The notes under the pieces were generated by a model. It ran no database searches. It saw only the letters and a program-made list of their open reading frames with translations, and was not told the DNA's origin. The translations under genes and the position numbers were made by a program. Below, in pieces: positions 37,523 through 51,386 of a stretch of DNA of 64,000 nt. Position 1 is the stretch's first letter; the number at the start of each line of letters is the position of its first letter. Source of the DNA: Hamiltosporidium tvaerminnensis FI-OER-3-3. Taxonomy: Eukaryota; Fungi; Microsporidia. The stretch is from the NCBI GenBank assembly GCA_022605425.2, contig CM061250.1, positions 496,001 through 560,000 of the forward strand. The letters run 5' to 3'.

Positions 37523-39693
37523 TCTCACGGGTCGATAAGCCCCCCTCATCTCCAATAGAACCTTCGTTATTTCCTATACAATTTTTATGTTGCTAAAACC
37601 CTTTATTTTTTCATATAGCCTTTTAATTTCTATATCTTTATAACGCATTTATTCCCCTTATTCGTATAAACCTTCTTATTTTAGTTTCATTTCCAATATT
37701 TCTTATTCATCCTTTCTTAACATTTTTTTTGTTTAAACAATAGGATGTGTTAATTATGAATAAAATATCCAATAAACTTTATATTTTTCTTTTCAGTTCC
37801 TTTTATGATTCTTTCGGTTTTTTGCATTTGTTAGTATTTGTAAAGCAAAATTTCGTTGTAAAATTCGATACAGACACTCAACAACATAACACTGCTATAA
37901 ATTTATTTAATGCTTTCAGCTTATTTGTTTTTTTTTCTAAGATTCGGTTTATATATATATAAAAACATAATGTAACCAAAATGCCAAAGAATTTAAGTTG
38001 TAAAAATAGGCAAGAAAAATAAATTCTTACTGCATATTTAAAATCAATCAGTATCCAGCTAAGTATTCCAAAGAAAAAAAGAATTGTTGAAACACAAGCC
38101 AGAACATTTTACTTTTCTCGGAAATGGTATTTGTTATAAAAAACGCGATCATCTAATAAGAGCCGTTTTTGGATTTGTAACTGCCTTGATCAAACAAATT
38201 AAGCAAACAGTACATGCTGTTGCACACATCGGAGTAAATAAAATGATGGTTGGTTTTTACAAAAATACTATGGAATTCCCAAGGCATACATAAAAGAGTA
38301 TGTAAAAGACTGTGAACCATGTAGTCGATTCAATTCTCTAAAAACAATTAAGTCAATATATATAAATCATATTATTAAAAAATATGATCTTTTTATGATA
38401 GATTGTGTAGATCTCGAGAGATATGGTGATCAAAATGATCAATATAGCTGGATTCTTAATGTAATCGACACATACGCAAACATCTCTGATACTTTAAGCT
38501 GATTAATAAAACTTCGGAATTAGTAGGAGATTCATTAAAATTTTTATTTGACAACGTTGGCGCCCCAGTTGCAATACAATGTGATAGCCGCCTAGAGTTT
38601 AAAAATGCACTACTTGAAGCCTTTTTAACGGATCTTAACATCAAAATTATACATAGAAAATCACGCAACCTAAAGGAGCAAGGTCAAGTGAAACGTGTAA
38701 ATTAAACCAACAAAGATGGCTATCGAAGAAATTGCATGAAACAGGTAGAAGAAGGTGAATGGAACATTTTAATGATGTTGTTTATGTCTATATCAGAACA
38801 ATACACAGTGCAACAAACAAATCTCCATTTATGCTTTTCTTCGGACAATCAGGTTTTAACAATCAACTTTCTAGAAGCATAATAATTGAAGACGAAGCCA
38901 GTACGATAGAGTATGCTATTGATATAGATCCCGATATAGTTTTAGTTGAAGAAAATGCAGCGGATACGCAATGGATCTTAGAGATCGCCTTGGATGTACA
39001 TGAAGAATCTACTGAAATGGTAAACACTACAATAAACTAAAATAGCTAATGACTTCGGAAGGGATACTAATACTCGTCAGACTGTTGCTAAGCATTTTAG
39101 AAATCATAGAGAAAGAATTATAAGAAGCAATAATTCGAATAAACTCAAGAGAGATTTGTCTATTGGAGATCAAGTTTGGATAAAAAAAGACTTCGATCTG
39201 AATACTAAATTGAAAAGCGCACCTTTTGACTCTTTTTACGATAATTTGCTTTTTACAGTTTCCGCTATTTGATGCACAACATGATTGAAGTAAAAAACAA
39301 TGATGGTGACACAAGTAGCATTTTCAGAGGCGGAATAAAACGAGTTTAATTTGGTTTACTTTGCAATTATTATAGGCCTTTTTTATTATTTAAGTATTAT
39401 CATTAAAGTTTTTATTTTTATTCTGGTAAAACTTGAAATATTTTTTTTGGCAAGAAATTCAAGTTAAACACTATATAAGCATTTTTTAAAGAGACCCCTA
39501 TTAAATATAGAAAAAGAATCACATCCTTTTTTTAAATATATGGTCCTTAGGTAAAATATATGGATATAACGGGGTTCTATAAATCATTAGAAAATAAAGG
39601 GGGCTATAAATATATTAAAAATAAAAGGTGGGGAGGTATTTGAAATAACGGGGCACAAAGGACATTAGGAGGCGGGGTTATCGGCTCGTAACA
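37523..39693 (+). mobile_element. Ginger-like (Gypsy-integrase-type) DNA transposon with a pseudogenised integrase and degenerate TIRs
   Basis: Zinc finger HAVAHIG...CEPC and catalytic core MIDCVDL, WILNVIDT, IQCDSRLEF, QGQVKRVN across frameshifts. The right end reads TGTTACGAGCCGATAACCCCGCCTC on the - strand versus left TCTCACGGGTCGATAAGCCCCCCTC (19/25). No RT or RNase H seen. Confidence 0.78.
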
Positions 39694-39794
39694 TTTATTA
39701 ACACTATTCTTATTATTTTACAGTATAGAAATAATTTTTAAAAAAACTTACTGCGAATATTTTTTAACTATTAAAACTTGATTTTGAATTTTTT

Positions 39795-40600
39795 TTATTC
39801 TACTTTTGAATGGTATTATACATTGTAAAAGACTTATGAACAAATCATAAGAGTCATATTTTAAATCTTAATACTCTTTTTCGCGCCTTACACTTTTTAT
39901 AACATTAAACATTTTTAGACGAGTCTCAATCGCCATGACATTATTCGGTTATATATTAAAAAATATTAAATAAAAAACGAAAGTGCAAGCCACTTCTTTA
40001 AAAATGTTTAAAGTTATATTTAAAAGGCTTTAAAATGATCTTAAATTATTAAAATGAAGCCTGACTGTCAATGAATTATACAATCATGCTCTTTTTCCCT
40101 CATTATTAAATGTTATCTGGGTGAAAAATAAAAAAAAAAATTAAAAAAATATTTTATTGTGGTTTATAAATATACTCTTTACGCCAATTGCAACAAAATA
40201 AATGAAATACGGTAGAAAACAACCGAATTTTAGATTAATGAATAAATCCAAGTCGAAAATGAAGATTTTCTACTTATAGTATTTATGCTCGTATTTTTAA
40301 TTCTTTTCATCTTTTATTTATATAAGAATTTCTAGTATTTTTCAGATGTATTCTTAAATGTTTTTATATTGGCATTTTTTTATAGCGTTTGAATCAGTTA
40401 CTCATGAAATTTTAGAATATTTTCTAATCAGAACATTCTTCTCTTCTATTTTGTTACTTTTATATTTCTAGGAAGCTTTAACTAATTATTACAGATATTT
40501 CTTTTCAGTAATAACCTATTTATATCGCAAGTCGCTTATTTTCTGTAAATTTAAAATTTGTGAAACTCTTTCTTTGTTTAAAAAACGGTTTTATATTAAA
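39795..40600. repeat. Segmental duplication, copy B
   Basis: Matches 36350-37120 and 37430-37522. The part 40430-40525 also matches 35080-35175. Confidence 0.8.
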
Positions 40601-40834
40601 TTGTTTATTGGTTTATTTAATAATTTCTTTGAAATTTTATTAAGAATGTTTTAATTCATACTAAAATAGTACTTTAAAATATTATCAGACCATAGATTTT
40701 TTAATTTAACTTTTATTCGGAATACAATTAATAAATTCGAAAATGTTTATAAAACATATTTTTTTTTTAAAAATAATTTAAAGAAAATGGAAAAATAATA
40801 GAATTTTATTGAATTCTTGTTAGCGATACAATAA

Positions 40835-41005
40835 ATCTTTAAAAACAAAAAATAATTCACCTATTATTTCAAATAGAAGAATCCCATTAAAGAACCGCAA
40901 TAAACATAAATGAAGAGTAGAATTTAGAAGAAGAAAATATGTTGGCATAAGCGGTAGAAGAAAAGACGTTAAAGTGTGAAAATAGTGGTATCTAAGAATT
41001 TTATA
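40835..41005 (+). mobile_element. Decayed 3'-end fragment of the non-LTR family upstream of SmD1
   Basis: ataaacataaatgaagagtagaatttagaagaaga aligns with 17692-17728, with similarity on both sides. Confidence 0.7.
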
Positions 41006-41125
41006 GAATTTTTTCCTTCAAATTTTTATTTGAATTTGAATTTTATAGAATTTTATTTCTTCAAATTTTTGCTTGAATTTTATAAAATTTTATTTGAATT
41101 TTTTAACCCTTCAAAACAAAAAATA

Positions 41126-41467
41126 ATGAAAATAGTTTTACTGTTGAGAAAATTAAAGAACCAAGAAGTAAAAATATTTACCAAGGAAAATACAATAGTA
41201 GAAGGACAATTAAAATCTATAGAATCTAATATGAATATATCATTATTGGGTGTTACTATAACTAAAGGTAAACATGTTACTAAGGCTGGGTTGTATAATT
41301 TACGGGGTACAAATGTTAGATTTATTGAGTTACCAGAAAATTTTATTGCTGAAAGTTTTTGTGATTTTAATGAAAAAAATAAAAATGCAGAAAAGAAGAG
41401 TAAAAAGAAGAATAAAAATAAAATTGATGTTCCAAGTAATATTAAAAGGCGAAAGGTGGAAACATAA
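41126..41467 (+). CDS. SMD1: Small nuclear ribonucleoprotein Sm D1
   Basis: MKIVLLLRKLKNQEVKI...MNISL...LRGTNVRFIELP matches the SmD1 Sm1/Sm2 motifs. The true start is the ATG at 41126, not the GTG at 40976. Confidence 0.88.
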   Translation: MKIVLLLRKLKNQEVKIFTKENTIVEGQLKSIESNMNISLLGVTITKGKHVTKAGLYNLRGTNVRFIELPENFIAESFCDFNEKNKNAEKKSKKKNKNKIDVPSNIKRRKVET

Positions 41468-44400
41468 AGAGAGGAAGTATTTAGAGGTTTGAATAAATAT
41501 AAATTGATGAACATGCAATACAAATCGGTTGAAATATGAAGCCAGTAATAGGTAAATAAGGAAGAATGAATATTTTTCATTTTTATATGAAATTTATTTT
41601 AAAATTCTATTTTATATTTAAAATGTAAGAAAATAATCACAAAAAAATAATTAACATGCGATATCGTTGATCAACTATCATTTAAAGAATTCAAATTAAA
41701 TTATTATTTTTGTAAAATATTTGAATGTAACTATTTAATTAAGAGTACGTAAGTATTTGAAAAAATTTATAATTTATTTTCATTGTAAATACAATTTTTA
41801 ATTTGAAACTTGGTATAAATTTATGTTGCTTTTTACATTGGAAATTATATTAAATTAATTTATAAATCAAATCAATGAATTATTTTTTGTGAAAATAATA
41901 TTTCGAAATTGAATTTGATTTTTAGGTTTATTAATATTCATTTATTTATATTGAAATTATACTTTAATTTAGATAAGGCTTAGCAATTTTATATTAAAGA
42001 ATTATTTGACTATCTTGTTGTACTTGTCTTTGAAAATATATGCGTAGAAAATTAAAATCAGGATTGGTAAGTTTAATGAAATAATTCTATATTTTGAGAG
42101 TAATCTACATTTATAAGAGTTAAATAATGTTTTGATTCTATTTAGTATGATAATTATACTTTATATTGCATATTTATTTTCTTTTTTGATAATTATTATA
42201 CTTTCATATTCCATAATAATCTTTTAATATTAAGATATTAAATCATTTAATATTATATTTCTTATGAATTAATTTAAAAAATATTTAGGGAATAGGATGG
42301 ATATACGAATTATAAAAGATTGAAAGCTACAATGCAGGATATATCAAAAATCTTTTATTTTTTTCAAAATTTTAATTTTGTATTTCTTACATATTACGGA
42401 TTATAGTTATATAGTTTTGCATTTAGTGTATTTCAAAAATAGTTAACTGTCCTGCTTTACTGTCAGGATGATTTAAGATTGCTTTTAAATAAAATATATC
42501 GGAATAATCTAGGCATAATAAACCAAAAATGTTAAAATTTAGTAGAATCTATGAAATTTAGATTTTTTATATTAAAGAATTCTTTCAGAGAAAAAAAAAT
42601 CTTAAAATAAATATTTCAAAGATTAAATCGTTCTCTACATTTTATGTTGTAACTGTAAATTTTATCATAAATTTCAAGTGTTTTGATTTTAGTAAATAAA
42701 AACCTTCATAGTTAGAAATACTAAAATATAAATTTGAATAGAAAAATCTTTAATTATTTTAATTTGATGAATTGCAAACTTATAGTTTTATTGAAGCATG
42801 TAATATAATTTATTTGTTTTCTATTATTAGTTATTTTTAAAGCCAAGGTATTTGATTCTAAAAAAAAGCTATATTGATGATAATTGACTAATACACTAAT
42901 TATATAAAATTTTATTTTTGATTAATAGGATTAAAATGAAGGTAATATTTTGGTATCGTTTGCTTATATATTCAAGAATATATAATTTAAAATACCTAAT
43001 TTTATATACTGTATTGGGGATGCATTATGTATTTATAATCTTAATGTCTATATAATCTGTATGTTTGCTATTATTTTATTTTAATGGTATTTTTTGTTTG
43101 TGTGTCACATTCATCGAGAACTTTTTTTTAATATTAGTCTATTTATTTTAATTACTTGCTTATTCAAGCTTTTATTTACTCTCTTTGTTTGTATATAACA
43201 AATAAAGACGACATATTCGGTCTTCAGTCATTTTTTGTGTCATTCCCGGGTGTTTTAATCTTGCAAGTAGAGTCTATTCTGAGGTATAATAGCCGTTTCA
43301 CCATTCCGGGTTCTTCTATTTTTTCCTTAAAGTCTTTTGCTTTTAAGTTTCATATATAATGGTCGTGTTTAAACCAAAAGCAACTGTTTATTCTATCGGT
43401 ATTTTATTTCCCCATGAGTATCTTATAGCGTGTTGTAATTCAAGATCATATGGGGATTTCTCGGTTGATTCTGTATAATTAATATGTCAAAAAATGCCAA
43501 AAATTAGGTTACATCAATTTAATATATACATTAGCAAATATATGCTTTTTAATATGGTTATTCCGTCTCCTTCTGTATGCTTTTTCGTACGAAATAAATT
43601 TTTTTATAAGCTCAATAAATTGTTTAATAAGATCTATATTCTTACTGGTTTTATGCGAATTAGTTATCCAGGGCTTTCTATCTAAGAATTATATGTGTGT
43701 TTGTCGTGTGTTTTCTAATCTCTTAGTTATTTATTAAAAGCTTGTTTATATTTACATTGTAGCAATTTTAAATAATTTATCATAATATTAGAGCATAGAA
43801 ATTATATTTTATTGTAGATATTTTACTTTGAAAGTAATGCCTTTCTACATATATAAATATTTGAATAATAATAATACCAAGCGAGACATTGTTTCTAATT
43901 TTAGATAAACATAATATATTTTCATTAATTTACTAATTTTGAAATAGAATCAAGTGTTAGTGTGGCACGATAATGTAACTTAAATTGGGATTTTTTCTGT
44001 AATTAGAGAGTAAAAAGTTCTAATTAATATTTTGGATACTATTAAATACTCAAAAAAAGACATTTCATAAATTCTTAATTATCTTTTAGATACTGTTTGT
44101 TTAAAATCATTAAATCCATTTTTTTACAGATTAAGAATACTTGCATATATTTTTTATGGTTCACTGCCGTTGTATTCTTGTAATAAATTATTTTGACTCA
44201 TTCATAAAACATATAAAAATGGGTATACAGCGCGATTATATAGTTACATATAATATTTGACCAATTTTGTCTGGTAAAGTATATACTTCTTTACCAGTAT
44301 CTTATATTGTAACCTTAGTTGCTTTATAAAGTAAAATATTAATTTAGATAGCGCGCTAAAAATTCAATATTTTTAATGTGCCCTATATATAGAGTTTTTA

Positions 44401-44695
44401 AATATTGCAGAACATATATATTTTTGCGTTTCTAAAAGAAGACTTAGTTATTTTTTTAAAGTATTTATGACTTTTTTGTAGAAAAATTATACGAGTTGTT
44501 TGATAATATAAAATTTACCTTAAAAACATCTTGATTTCAAAATTGTAAACTACTGTAACTAATGAAGACTATATCGGGTAATATAATATATATCGAAACA
44601 TGATTTGATGGCATAATTAGCCGAGAATTTCTTTTATTGTGTTACAAATATGAAGAAAATAAAAAAAATAAAATAAATATCTTTATTTAACTCGG

Positions 44696-46210
44696 TTAGA
44701 TAGATAAAAGATGCTGTTCTATAGTTTTATTCATGTAATTTATAAGTTTATAAATCAGAGTATAAAAACAGCGTTTATTTGAATCAATGAAACATCGTAG
44801 TCTAGATTCTATTTTTCGTAAGCCAATAAACCCCGATACAATCTTACGTATTTTCTTCGCCGATAACTTAAGCGGTCGAATCTGGATTACATAATGATTC
44901 TCTATGTATTTAGTTCTTTTGTTAGGCGGTAATTTCGGAATATGTTTATTGCATTCTTTGAGTAAATATATCTGAATATTTTCACAGGTTTTTTCGTGAG
45001 GTTTTTCCATAGCTTCATTGTTAAGAACTATGTTTAAAATGTTTCCATCCATAATAAAATAATTAAGAAGTATGTCTGTTAAAAAGTGTCTCAAGTCAAG
45101 ATCTATAATTATCAATGTTTTACCAAGATTGGGTTTAGATTCTTTAAATTTGTTTAAATTAGTTAAAACAGATTTTAGTGTATCATATGCAAATTCGAGT
45201 TTCTCTATTCTCAATACATTATTTTCTTCATAGAAAACAGAACTTTGATTGATAGGATTCAAAAAACTTTCTCGATCATTTTGAAATAAAGGATTTATGG
45301 ATTTTCTACCTTCATGCTTTCGTTTTCGTTCTACTTTAAAAAATGGAAAAACATCAGCATTTTGTGTCGAAAAACCACCACATACATCCAATCCACGTTT
45401 TTTTATTATGCTTATATAGCCATTTTTGTTGCTTAGATTGATGGCATAGTTTTCATTTTTCTTATAAGGCTTAAAATATTTAAAATGTGGAATATCAGTA
45501 AGTTTTAATGCTTTCAACATTTCAAATAAATCCTCATATCCCAGTGATATCCTAACAAAAGCACATGAAATTATATTTTCAATTATTAATTTAGAATGAT
45601 CTATAAGTATTTCAGTTATTAGTTGATCTTGATTGGTATTATAACAAAAAAGTCTTTTAAAAGAAATATTTTTCGATCGACTGTATATCTTAGAAATATT
45701 TTCATTTCTTAAAGAATTATAAATTTGATCAATCGTACATAAAATATAATTTTTATTTAAATATGCTTCTGTATTCTCTCTAATTATTTTAATTTCATCA
45801 TTTTCAAGTATCGTATTATGTTTCGAATAAAAATTAAAGAACAAATCCAAAGCTATTCGTTGTATATTTCTTACAAAAATATACAATTGAAACTCTAAAT
45901 TATATGATTTCGGGTCTACATTATTTGATTGTATTTCTTTCCGGACTAAATATCTTACCTCCTCAATTTTTATCTTATTTAATACGTAATCAAGACATTC
46001 CTTTCTAAATTTAAAAAATATATTCGTCAAAATTGTATTCTCAACTTTACTGCGTGGTTTGATAGATATAAATATCCTTGAATCGATATTGTATACTAAA
46101 GACGGGATCATATTGCTTATTTTTTCGCCTTTTTTATATTCTTGTTCGCAATCGCCTAACTGAAAAAATATAAACAATACTGCAGAAAAAATTATTTTCA
46201 AATTATTCAT
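44696..46210 (-). CDS. Orphan 504-aa protein with a signal-peptide-like N-terminus
   Basis: Intact ORF starting MNNLKIIFSAVLFIFFQLGDC, with basic NLS-like stretches KVERKRK and PPNKRTK. Confidence 0.8.
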   Translation of the reverse strand: MNNLKIIFSAVLFIFFQLGDCEQEYKKGEKISNMIPSLVYNIDSRIFISIKPRSKVENTILTNIFFKFRKECLDYVLNKIKIEEVRYLVRKEIQSNNVDPKSYNLEFQLYIFVRNIQRIALDLFFNFYSKHNTILENDEIKIIRENTEAYLNKNYILCTIDQIYNSLRNENISKIYSRSKNISFKRLFCYNTNQDQLITEILIDHSKLIIENIISCAFVRISLGYEDLFEMLKALKLTDIPHFKYFKPYKKNENYAINLSNKNGYISIIKKRGLDVCGGFSTQNADVFPFFKVERKRKHEGRKSINPLFQNDRESFLNPINQSSVFYEENNVLRIEKLEFAYDTLKSVLTNLNKFKESKPNLGKTLIIIDLDLRHFLTDILLNYFIMDGNILNIVLNNEAMEKPHEKTCENIQIYLLKECNKHIPKLPPNKRTKYIENHYVIQIRPLKLSAKKIRKIVSGFIGLRKIESRLRCFIDSNKRCFYTLIYKLINYMNKTIEQHLLSI

Positions 46211-46405
46211 GATACCGGGATTGTAGGTGTATTTATAATTTTTTTATTTTTTAATTTTACTTTATTTAGTAGCTTGATATATTAGTTATTTTAATTTATT
46301 AATTTTTTTTCATATAACGTAAAACCCTATTAAGTTTAAAGATTTTTCGTTTTTAAAATTTAATTTTTAATTATATAATTTTCAGCTTTATTGCTACGAT
46401 GGAAA

Positions 46406-49400
46406 TTTATGTAATAAAATTCTGGGTTAAAATATTTTTACCATTTTAATATGTTTTCTTCTACCTCTTTAACCACTTTTGTCTCTTCTTCCAAATCCGA
46501 CTCTTCATTTATGTTATTGGTCGGTTCCTCTAAAGTAGTTCCTCCTTGTGAAATAAAGGGTGCTTTATTTTTTGGTTTAAAATTTTTTGCACCATCTTCC
46601 TCTCTCCTTTCTTCTTTTAAAGGGGGTGTTGGTTCCTCATGCACCTCTGATCTCATAATAACACTCATTGACGCTCTCTCCCAGCTCTCTTCGGCATTTA
46701 GTCCTGACTCAAATCCTCTTCGTCGATCAAAGGAAATTGTTTCGACTGTTTTCTTAAGTACTATAGACTGAATGTATGCCTCTACATTCATGGGTATTTC
46801 TAGTCTTTTAAGATAAGATTTATGGTATTTTGTCACAATACCGTCCCAGGTCATCATCACATAAGGGATTATCGCAACACTAAACTTATAAATATGACCT
46901 AAGTCATTGGCTAGCAGGTCATACTTCCTAAGTTTTTCAGTTTCAACTATTTTAGGGGAATCTTGGGAAGTGATTCCTACTTCAATGAGTGTTATCTTAT
47001 TCTTCTTCCTATCTAAAATAAATATGTCGAACCTGTTATTCCGAATTTTAACATCAGTTTTTATTCTGGTGTCCACTCTTATCTCTGCATACTCATTATC
47101 AAGAATTTCTTGAACTGAGTGACTCCTAATTCGTTTTGAAGACTTAAACTTATATCTATTTAAGAGAAGTAAAAGTAGGAATCTAACCACTTCATTATGC
47201 CGTCTAATGTAATCATGGCCTAGCATTTTTTCACATCTAGTTGCTAGATGATCTACAGTCTTGCCAGACTTCCTGCAATGTTGACACACACCATCTGCTC
47301 TCCAGAATATATTTCTATCCTGGATATAGCAGAACACAGCTCCATTTCGTGGCCTAATATTTCCTCTCTTTAGCCATCTTGAAGAGTCACTAACACTTAC
47401 AAGCTCATTTTTCCTTGCATTATATAACTTTGAATGTAGTTTTCGTTTTTCTATTTCGTTGTATAGTTTTGCAAGTTGAGCTTCTTCCAATTTCTTTTTT
47501 GTGACTTCCTCTTCCAACCCGTATTTTATTTTTAAAAAGTTTTTAATTAGTGAAAGATGGGTTTTATTATTATTCCCAACCTTTAGGATTGCTGCTCTTC
47601 TGGTCGATGTATCTTTATGTTTTTCCAGACAATCCAAGAGTTGCAAAAGCATATGTTCGCTTTTGAACTCGACACTATGTAAACCTCTTCCAAGTTCTGT
47701 TCTAGGAAGGTACAGACGCTCTTTAAATCCTGGGCGGAGATGTATCTTATTCTTCACCAACACCGCACGCACTGCGTCATCCAACTTTGAGAAGTCGCCA
47801 GGTTCAAGTCAAGGTACACCTATATGATAGTTTATTAGAGATATCGCATGTTGATTGATAGCTTAAAATAAATTTTTTGCATTTAATCTCGTGTGGCACA
47901 GTCTCTCTACCCTCGCTATCAGTTTGGTTTGTACTTCTTCAAACGACCTACGTGTTGGAATTCCTCTGCTATCTTCTATTATTCCGAGGTATTTGTAAAC
48001 ACCTATTCCTTCAAGAAGAGTAGCAGTATTCTCACAATACGTATCATTTGTGGCTGACTTCTCTTTGTTAATCTCTAACCCAATCACCTCTAAAAATTCC
48101 TTTGCCTCGCCTGTCATAGCACTCAATGTGGAGCTGTCTTTTGCAAGGAGCTTAAGATCATCAATAAACAAGAGATGATTAGTAGAATGGGATTCTGCAT
48201 CTGTTTGTACTGTCACTTTTGTGTATTTTTCATTAAGCTTTCGGCTTAATGGATCCATACACAACACAAATATCGAAGGTGACAAACTATCTCCTTGTAG
48301 AATCCATCTATCAATCTTCTTGCTCATGATTTTTTCAGGCCCTTCTGATATATCAATTTTCCATTTTGATATAATTACCTTAATAAATTTCAGGATCCAA
48401 TCAGGTAAATTAAGGTTTTCAATGCATTGAGTTAAATAAGCATGATCTATTGAATCATAAGCTTTTTTAACATCAATCCATGTTTCCTTACAGATTATTT
48501 CCATACTCTTTATTTAAGGCAATATTTAGTAGAGCCTGCTCTTTCGCTCCCTGCACACCTCTTAACGCCCCTAATTGGTTCTCTGCAAGCAACCCTCGCC
48601 TTTCCACTTCAATTTGAACGACTTTCGTTACACACTTTGTCGTTAACTTGTAAAGGGTTGACATACAAGTGATTGGCTTGTAGTCAGAGCCTCCTTGTGG
48701 ATTTCCTTTGGGTATCAATTAACTAAGCCCGCAGTAAAACCAATCAGCTTGAGGTGTTTCTTCTAAAATATAACTTTCAAAAAATCATAAAGATATTTGT
48801 GAAGAGTTGTAAGTTTCTTAATAAAAAAATTGTAAATACCATTAATTCCAACAGCTTTACAATTAGGAAGCCGATTAATGATACTCACAAATTCATCAAG
48901 TGAAGGAAACGTGGTCGGATGATTATCTGATACAAATGGAATCAAATAATCATCATACGTGACTGTGTCATCTTTTTGTTCCAAATTGTGGACCAAAAAC
49001 TCACAATTTCATCACGGCTAACTACATGCTCGGATTCCCCACGCTTAGATAACCCACGATAAAATCGACCTCGGAAAAGCTCAAACATACGATTCTCTTT
49101 TCGGAATTGCTTCCTACTTTAATGCATCGTAATTTTTTTCTCGTACACATTCAAAGACTCATTCTTCTTAACTAAAGCCTCAGAAAGATCAGTTACACTG
49201 CTCAAGTTTAAATTAAACTCTCGCATGATTTTCTTAAGGCTCTTCGTTTCCGAAGTGGAGAGCATTTCCTGCTTACGAGCCTTCTCGGGAAGATCTTTGG
49301 AAAGTACTAACTTAGAAATTTTACTTTCTATGTTTTCCTTCCAAGCGGATCTAAGCTTCTCTTCACGTGTTGCCTCGTCATAGCATATCTGCGCAGTTTG

Positions 49401-50079
49401 CATGATATAAGCCGCTTCCGTAATTGACTCAGGTACATGAGCTCCTGCATATTCACCGACTACTTGATTAATGAGATCCAGAACTTTACTATCAACTAAT
49501 TCATTTGGATGTTTTCTAGTTCGGACCACCACTTTTCCAATTTCCTTCATCGAGATTTCTTTGATTTTACTCAAGAATTTATCTCTCAGGTTTATGTACT
49601 CCGTGGTGTCAGTCATGGTGCATGGTGCATGGCTCAGTGAGACAAGTGGCGATTCGACGTCGCTCTCCATTCTCTTCTTGCCTTTTTTCCCTTTCTGCCT
49701 CATTTTGTGCGAGTTTTTTAAATGCATCGATATCTAATGTGCAGCCAAATTTCTCATTATAGTACCTCGGAGTAGCGGGCCAGCCATTTCTGGGCATTCT
49801 CTCAAACCTCTTCTGCACTGCTAGAATAGCGGATCTAAGCCATTTCTGCCCTACGACTTTGACAGAGTACTGTATTGAGTGCAATACTATCAGTCGATTT
49901 CCTTATAAAATGGCATCTGTATTGAGGTTTGTCATGCCGTTGGCTGGTCCAAACGCAATGGCATCGGTACCAGAAGACGAGGGTATGATGTCAACCAAGC
50001 AGACTGGGCTAGTCTGGCAACTACTGCTTGGTGGTTGGTGTTATGGAAGGTCGGTGGAGGTGGAAGTCTCTCGGATAAC
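46406..50079 (-). mobile_element. Near-full-length R4-like non-LTR retrotransposon (RT, CCHC, restriction-like endonuclease), inactivated by stops and frameshifts
   Basis: RT motifs YKPITC, WIDVKKAYDS, ILQGDSLSP, HLLFIDDLKL, YKYLG; RLYLPRTELGRGL; CQHC...HLATRC; RHN, R(F)DI, LIEV, KLRKY. The 5' boundary is approximate (50079-50110). Confidence 0.93.
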
Positions 50080-51386
50080 ATTGCTACATCTACATCACAC
50101 ATAAAAATCTCTCCTGCTCTGTTCTCCAAGTTGTTTACAGCCTTTATTTTTTCATTTTTTATATTTTCGCTGTCTACTTTTTTCCTTCTACTCATTTTGT
50201 TATTAACTCATATATTAATTAAATAAAAATTCTAAAGTATAATTAAATTTTTTTATAAAAAAATGTAGATATATAATTTAAAGTATAAGAAAAAAAGTTA
50301 TTTTGTAAAAAGAATGCTCGACTGAATATTTTATATGTGATTAGGAATGATGCATTTTGGCTATTATAAGCAAATTATTCTATATTAGTGTAACAGCAAA
50401 TACATAACACTGTCTATAATAATCGTAACGAAGTTTTTAAACATTTTATGGCCAGTCAAATTACAACAACTATGGCGTATTTCTATAAATTTTAAAGATT
50501 GTTCTTCAGCTAAATTTTTAGAATGTATTAACGCAATTTGGACTTGAAAAGGAAAATAGGAATATACAGAATTAAAAGCTATATCAGATATGTTTCAATA
50601 GAAATGAAAAAGGATAATTGTAATACAGGCAAAAATAAATACAAAGATACGATTATAATCATTGATCAGGAATATGAGAATTATGACTTTGTTTCAAATA
50701 ATTAGAATCATTTGTGTACCTAACGCTTTACAAAATATTTATCTAATTGCGTATATTTATATGAGTATCAAAGACGAAGTGGAATACAAATGAGAATTAA
50801 AGATTAGAATTTTCTTCTTTGATACCGGACATAAAGTGTAATTTTAAAAGTTATTATAGTAGCTATACACAAAAAAAATATTTTTTGGTCTATTTATTCA
50901 CAGATTTAAGAGGTAAAGGATATACGAGATTAGAAAAATGATTAAAAAAATCAATTTGAAATTTTCTTATTCAAAACGGGAGGAAAAATGTACTGCAAAA
51001 TCAGAGGTTTAGACTTTATAAAAAAACATATTGTAAAAATAAACATAAATGAGATGATAAATAAAAAATTAAACGAACAAAAAGACTGGAAAAAAGACAT
51101 AAATATAATTGAAAAGCAAAAGAACTTGCAAATCATCGGTTAACTTATATTATATTAAAATAACACAAATCATAAGTAAAATATTAATAGTTCCAATATA
51201 TAATATACAAAAATAAAATCTATGAAAAACTGAACAATTCAAAGCCATTAATATAATCAAAAATTAATTAAATAATTACATATTAATTTATCATTAATAT
51301 TTATTTAATTTTATCAGTTACAAATATTCTAATATCTAATCTAAATTGGGTATATAGAATTATATTTTATCCTTCTTTTATTATTA

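Noticed and set aside
36350-40600. LTR retrotransposon (direct repeats around an integrase)
   Set aside because: No TG...CA ends, PBS, PPT or RT. The integrase has its own TIRs and the two repeats differ by internal rearrangements.
41080-41580. Antisense and alternative-frame ORFs over SmD1, the GPI transferase repeats and the LINE copies
   Set aside because: These are shadow ORFs from low-complexity or stop-poor opposite strands.
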